Shown: piece after piece, positions 55,322-64,000 of the stretch
How the letters are laid out: the number at the start of each line of letters is the position of its first letter
Position numbering within the stretch: position 1 is the first letter of the stretch
Source: Camelus dromedarius
Taxonomy: Eukaryota
Length of the DNA stretch: 64,000 nucleotides
Reading direction: 5' to 3'
NCBI RefSeq assembly: GCF_036321535.1
Contig: NC_087454.1
Span: 21,142,001 to 21,206,000 of the forward strand
The notes under the pieces: model-generated
The model's database searches: none
Seen by the model: only the letters and a program-made list of their open reading frames with translations
Told to the model about the DNA's origin: nothing
Made by a program: the position numbers and the translations under genes

Positions 55322-57932
55322 CTCTAGGGGCCAAATAGGTATACAGACCACGAGGGGTCAAGGGTTTGAGTATTAAATATGTAACTGTGTGTCTCTGAAA
55401 ATTCAACTGGCCGGCATTTCTAATTAAAATCATCTTGACATGATACAAATTGTAGGTATTCTACTGATACTCCAGCAAGGTCAATGCCCTTCTCAGACAC
55501 CCAGAGGTAGGCATAGCAATGGAGGTAACTCGCAGTGGCATCACACAGGAAAGTGTGCTGCTGTGACATAGACACAGGCTCTGGGGGCCTGTAACAGTCT
55601 GCAGAAACTTCAAGCAACCCCGAGCGGGAGGTCTGCCAGCCAAACAGAATAGCCTATTTGCTTTTAAATTTCTGCTGAGTGCTTTGCCTACAGCTGTTGG
55701 TTTTTAGGCCACCACTAGTGGGTAGATTCTATTGGAACCCCCTCCCATCAGAGCAAAAATATAAACCATTGATTTTTATAGAAACTATGAGACTGCTTTA
55801 TTGGTAAAAGCAGCCACTGCAGAATTCCCCCCATTTCTGGATCTTTCTCAAGAAGTTGTTTAGAGACACAGCACACAGAGACTTGTTCCCCAATATCCAT
55901 ACTCCCACAACTCCTTAATAGAACTTTCCATTTGATTTGGGCACGCAGACTTCCAGAACAAGTACTAGTTTCCCATCCTCCTTTCCAGTTACGTGTGATC
56001 CCCAGCCATAGAAAGCTGGTTCTCAGGGAAACTGTGGACCCCAGAGCTGAGCCAAGCACATTGGCTCTCCAGGAATCTGAACAGCAGAGCCCAGAGACGT
56101 CGAGACTGTGCACGGAGAACCTGAGTGGGGTCTGCGGCCACCACTCAGTGCTTGTGGCTCCAGAGACCAAGTCCATGAAGCCTTGAGCTCTTCCCTAACG
56201 AGTCAACCCTTCCTTCAAATCCTAAGTACCTCAAGATTTTTATAATAAATTTCCCTGGGGCTTAAGCTGTTCTGAATCAGGTTTTACTGTTTGTAACAAA
56301 AAGAAACCTAAGAAGTAGGGGGGTCTTGACAGCAATAAGATCAGAAATGGACAGGGTTGCTGTGCACCTGAAACTAACACAATATTGTAAATCAACTATA
56401 TGTCCATTAAAAAAAAGAAGTATACAGAGGAGCAGGGCACCCCAGACACCAGTGTGTCAGCAGTAACCAAGGCAAGGAGTTGGAACTAAGGCAACATGGC
56501 CAGTTCCCCTCCCTTCCCTTTCCAATGCAAAGGCTGTCATTAAAGGGAGAATTATTCCCTTACAGACCAAGTACTATCCCATTTTGCGGGTGAGAAAACT
56601 GATACTCATTAAATAAGCAGCCCAGCTGGAAGCAAAGCACCACAGCTAAATGAAGAAGAAGCCCTTGTTAGGAATACAGCGAGAACTCCTGCCAGCTGAC
56701 GTCAGTACTGCCCTCAGCCCTGTCTGCTCAGCCCTACCCAACCTAGGCCATCAACTGCTACAGACTTTTCCGTCTGGCTGCCTCTGTCACCAGGCTCCAA
56801 TTAAATGCAGTACTACTTCCCATCTTCTCCCTAACCCTAGTATCTCTGAAAATGTTTCTTAGTTTTTAGCTTTTATTTGTTTCTGTAGATTTTCAATTCT
56901 GAAAAGTAAGGGAAATACTGAGGTATTAGTAAAAATGACCACAACTGAAAAGTTGCAGAATTATAAAAAATCCCTACCAACACTAGGAATAAGGTGTTCC
57001 TTATTTTGTAAGAAGAACTGGACCACTGCCTGAATAGCCCACACCCTGGGGAGACATGAACACAATGTAGGACTAGATCTTCATGACCCACATACTTTGG
57101 CCCAAATCTCTATGGAGTCCAAAGCCTTTATAGATGAAGTGGTGAGACCTGGAACGTGACCTTTACACCAGCTGCCATAGTATCCAGCACGGCTTTAATC
57201 TGTTTGCTTTGGAAAACCACTCATCTTGGGAATAAAAGATCTTGAAGGACGAAGTAAGATGTTACTACCAGAGAGGCCAGAGCAAAGTACACAAATGCGT
57301 CGCTGCGCTCCCGCTGACTGAGGGCAGGTGGCTCTGTGGGCTGGCTCTCACTGCGGCTGATCTTACCATCCTGGCTTTAGGGCAGTGCCTCCATAGATGT
57401 CCCTGGTCTTCACTCAAGGACTAGCAGGACACACCTTCCCTACTGAGACTGCAATCTGCTGGCAGTGCCAGTTTCTGTGAAACTACTCCGAAGATGAGAA
57501 AAAAGCTAACAGAAAGCCCCAGTGCAAGCACCCAGGGATGACCTCTGCTCACTTCAACAGGTCTACGTTGAGAAACACGAACATTGGCATCTGAACTGCA
57601 CAGTTGGTCATGAAGAAGTTAGGATATGGCCTTAACGCTCCCTGCTGACCACACCAAACTTGCAGGATTAGGAGCTTCATAACCACAAAGCAGCCACCTC
57701 CTACTACACAGGAGCTTTCTTTCTGAAGCAGCTAGAGACTTACTTAGACCCACTCCCTTCCCCAGCTCATCTCCACCCCTACTTGCCCTGGTCCATTTAG
57801 AAACTACAAATCCCATGCAGCATAGCATGCAACATAGCCAAGAGAGGGAGAAAACAGAGACACATAGCCCATGGCTTTCTGGGATGTGTAGTACTTCCAA
57901 GTACAGTTATCTAAGTGGTCCAAATTTTACAA

Positions 57933-58067
57933 GTTTTTTTTTTTGAGGGTGAGGGTAATTAGGTTTATTTATTTATTTATTATTACTTTTTTAATGGGGG
58001 CACTGGGGATTGAACCCAGGACCTCCTGCATGCCAAGCATACATTGTACCACTGAGCTATACCCTCC
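57933..58067 (-). mobile_element. Vic-1-like SINE, long-tail form
   Basis: Reverse tRNA-like head and GGGTAATTAGGTTTATTTATTT tail. Confidence 0.85.
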
Positions 58068-58959
58068 TTGCCACAAGCTGTTTTTTGACCATAAGTCACA
58101 GATGCCGAAAGTATCAGCTAGAGGGCGAGAGGGACCCCATCCCCACAGCCTTCAGGCTATAATCTCACTGCCCTCCTCACTCCAAGTCCTCCCCCTCCTA
58201 AGCCTCCCAACCTGTTGTTGGCTGTGTGCCTGTGTCTAGGGCCTTCACATCCTGCTCCGATCTGGGTGGGGCCTTGCCGGCACACAACTCCATCACATCA
58301 CTTACCTTTTCAAACACCATCAATGGTTCAAGTTAAATTCCTTTGAGAGGCAGCCAAGACATGTCAGGACACAGCCTCTCCCACAAGAATATAAGTTTGG
58401 GCCCAATCACACCCAAAGTAGCTCCCCAAATCTCTGCCTTCCTCTCCTTTATCTCCTCCTTACCACATCTAGAAACCTCCACTGCCCACAAGCCACTGGA
58501 GCCACTGCCAGCACCCACATGTCCAGATGCCAGGACATTTGCACAACCCACGCCCAGTCCTACCCCCAAAACTTTCATCTCTAGGCGCTGTCCTTAAACT
58601 CCTCTCATCTTTCCTTACAGCCAGGCCCAAGCTTGCCAGAGGGGCAGGAGAAGTCCCACTGCGAGAAGGCTGTGGTCCTGGCCTTCTCAGCTGCGACTTG
58701 GAACAGAAGTGCTCATAAAACTGTTATATGGGGTTGCTTGGCATACTAAATAGGCTTTTGTGGATTGGTCCTGGGGGCCTAACCACCATGTATAAATGTT
58801 ATTTGAGTAAATGCATGGCATTGTTTCCACGGAGAAAAGCCCTCTGAGCTCAGAGTATCTGATCAAAAGTGACCTTTGGGGACACTCCCCTTTTGTGCTC
58901 TGAAAGCGACCTCTGTGGGTTTGGCTCCAACTGCTGAGAGAGCTCTGGAGAAACCTCAG

Positions 58960-60120
58960 CTCTGGGCCGGCTTGGCCGGGAGCGGGTGCGGGCGGAGCAG
59001 AATGCGGCGCGTCTGTTTAGGTTTGATCTTCCCTTCCGCTGAGGCCTGGCAGGTAGGGAGAGGGATGTCTGAAGCGACTGAGACACAGGGGAGGGCATGA
59101 GTGATGCCAGAAACCCCGTGCATCGCCTGAACCCAAATAGACGAGGCGCAGGAGCTTCCGTTCCATTCAGCCTCTTCCCAGGTTGGGGGAGTGGGAGTGA
59201 GGGTTCAGTGGGTGACGGAGGAGGGACGGTGGTTTGAGGATGTCTTAGGGACCCGAATCATTCCGGCTGCCCTTCGGGCGAGGTCTTGGCACCGACACCA
59301 GAGGGCAGCAGAGGCAGAGAGATGCGCAGAGCCGGAGGCGCCGGCGCGCGGAAAAAGGATTTTCACCTGCGATGGGTTTTCCTGCCCGCCCGCCTACGCG
59401 AGGCTGGGCTTCTAGATCCCCACAGAAGAGCTCCCTGGGATCGAGACTGCGTTAGCTCCAATACTCCAGGGTTCCAAGATTGAGGCTTTGTCCTTGGGGA
59501 CCGGCACGATCAAGGCGGCGCCCTCGGGGATCTGGATCCGCCCGGAGGAAGAAGTACGGGGAGCTGGAGCTGCCTACCCGGCGCTGCCTACTGGGACTCC
59601 GGGTCCCGGGCGCAAGTGAGCCCCTCCCCGGCCCGCCCCCGGGGGTCTGTGGCCGAGAAACCCAGACACACACACGTGCACACGCTCGTACATCCGTTCC
59701 TCCACTGCGCCTGCAGCCAGGCACCCAGCAAGGAAAGGGGCATCGCGAGGCGGAGGAGGCCCTGAAGTAAGTTTTAGTTTCCTGCCAGGACGTGTGGGAG
59801 CCAGGATGTGCTGTGTGAGGATGGGAAGCGCCAGGAGCTGCGGGAGGCCGGCTAGTGATGCCCGGCTGTGTGGCCAGCCCTGAACAGAAGGGACACCTGA
59901 CCCAGAGCTGCTAAATAAGCCCTGAGAAGGGCCGCTGGGGGCGCGGCATGGAGTTGGAGGAGACTGGGCGAGGACTGTGAATCTAGACTCGGCACAAACC
60001 CTGGAATGATGTAGACACTTATGCGCACAACCAAGATGAACCCCGGCGGAATCCCTGGTTTTTTATGACACGACATGAAAGCCTGTACCAAAGACACAGG
60101 TGCAGCGTTGTCGTGGAAGT
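58960..60120. promoter_or_regulatory. Orphan CpG island downstream of the COL11A2 3' end
   Basis: Sharp rise in CpG/GC content with no recognisable coding exon. Confidence 0.55.
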
Positions 60121-61487
60121 GAGCCTCAGTTCCCGCATTGCAGAGTTCAGACTAGGCATCTAAGGCTCCTTCCCACCTTGAGGTCCCTAAAGACTGGGGG
60201 CGGGGTTGTGTTTGAGGTGAAATCAAGGAAGGCAGGCACACCCTCACACAGAGCCAGTCCAGCACCAGCGTCAGGCAGAGCCCTGGGACCCCACCTGATG
60301 TCACGGGGGTTCTGTTTGAGATGCTGAACTTGTCAGCCAGGCATTATGAACTCTCTCTGCACCCTGACACCCCAGCTGGACAGGCCTTCCAGCCAATAGG
60401 GATTAAGCCATCCATTTATGGCAACAGCTCAGCCAGGAAGAAGAGGTGTTGTCGGATTAGGGTTGGGGGGATTGAAATAACAACACAAGCACCACACACA
60501 TACACCCCAGGAGGAGACAATCACATTTTTTAACCATCTGTCAGAATGGACGCAGGTCATAGTGCTAGACAAGGTCCTGGGAGTCCCTTCCATCCATATG
60601 CCACACATTAACCCTTTAGTTGCAGGATCGGGGAAGGTAAGGGGGTGCCCAAGGGAGGGATGGGGTGGCCGGGATGGCAGTGGGAAATCCCGAGGGCTCG
60701 GGGCCATGGCAAATTCCTGGCTAAGATGGAAGAATCTCAATATTTCAACAGTCCGCTGAACACGGGCCCTGCACACACCCCTTGCTATTCCATTTCTCCC
60801 CTGGGGGAGTGGCCTGGTCCCCAGGGAGCAGGCACTTCGTGCAAGCCCCAGACCAAGTGAAAGACAGCAGGTATGTGAGTCAGGGAGCCCCACCCTGGGC
60901 AGAGAGGCAGAGCCCTGAGGCAAAGGAGACCATATATACCAAGGTTCACAGTGGGTACTGCAGGTGGGGTGTGAGAAGGTGGAGTTCGGCCTCCAACCCC
61001 CCACAGTCGCTGAGGAAGCCCTGAGGCAAGGATGAGGGTGCCAGGGCTCACCCCAGGAGAGCCCTGTCTCCAAAGTCCATTGGTTTTCATTGGCAATTCT
61101 CTCTTTATCTTTTTTGTCATTTTGTCTTCCACTCTTTAAATAATATAATTACTTTTTAAATACAAAATACACAGTGTCCTTTCTCTTCTCTTCCACTTGT
61201 TTGGGGTGATTGGGAGGTATATTTTAAATAAGGGTCTCTCAGCTGTCTAACAGGGCACAGGCTCCAGGTGGGAGGGCCCCAAGCCCCAGGTGACCCCCCT
61301 CCCCTGGGGTGTCTCAGTACCCGCCTCACCCCTCCCCTGGACTGCCCCTGACTGGAGGCTCTCAGTGCCCTGGCCCAAGGTCCCCTGGATGGTAAGGAGC
61401 CCTCCTGCGAGGTGGCACAGAACTGATGCTGTGGGATTCCAGGTGGGCCTGGTTTCGACGGACAGGGTCAGACAGAGGAGAAGGTTC

Positions 61488-63999
<2,512 letters not shown>

Positions 64000-64000
64000 C

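Noticed and set aside
59925-59950. CTCF-like motif GCCGCTGGGGGCGC
   Set aside because: One base shorter than the core consensus and lacking the conserved AG; it cannot be supported without a PWM scan.

Overview
Mammalian MHC class II region, at the boundary with the extended class II region. About 11 copies of a tRNA-Ala-derived SINE resembling camelid Vic-1 suggest a camel, llama or alpaca source (inference). Gene order: BRD2 (+, 12 coding exons, about 801 aa, one exon partly under Ns), DOA (-, intact, 250 aa), a head-to-head DPA (-) / DPB (+) pair, then the last four exons of COL11A2 (-). The main observation is the DP pair. DP is generally regarded as lost in cattle and pig and pseudogenised in mouse, dog and cat, yet every DP exon here is open and of canonical size. 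The pair also carries subtle lesions: degraded X/Y promoter boxes, two weak DPB splice donors, a frameshifted DPA tail and a lysine-free DPB tail. A relic paralogue of DPB intron 1 lies between DOA and DPA, which hints that a first DP pair was deleted and the survivor may correspond to the human DPA2/DPB2 lineage. The rest is interspersed repeats and six N-runs. All coordinates were read by hand and no searches were run. Comparisons with human sequences are from memory.
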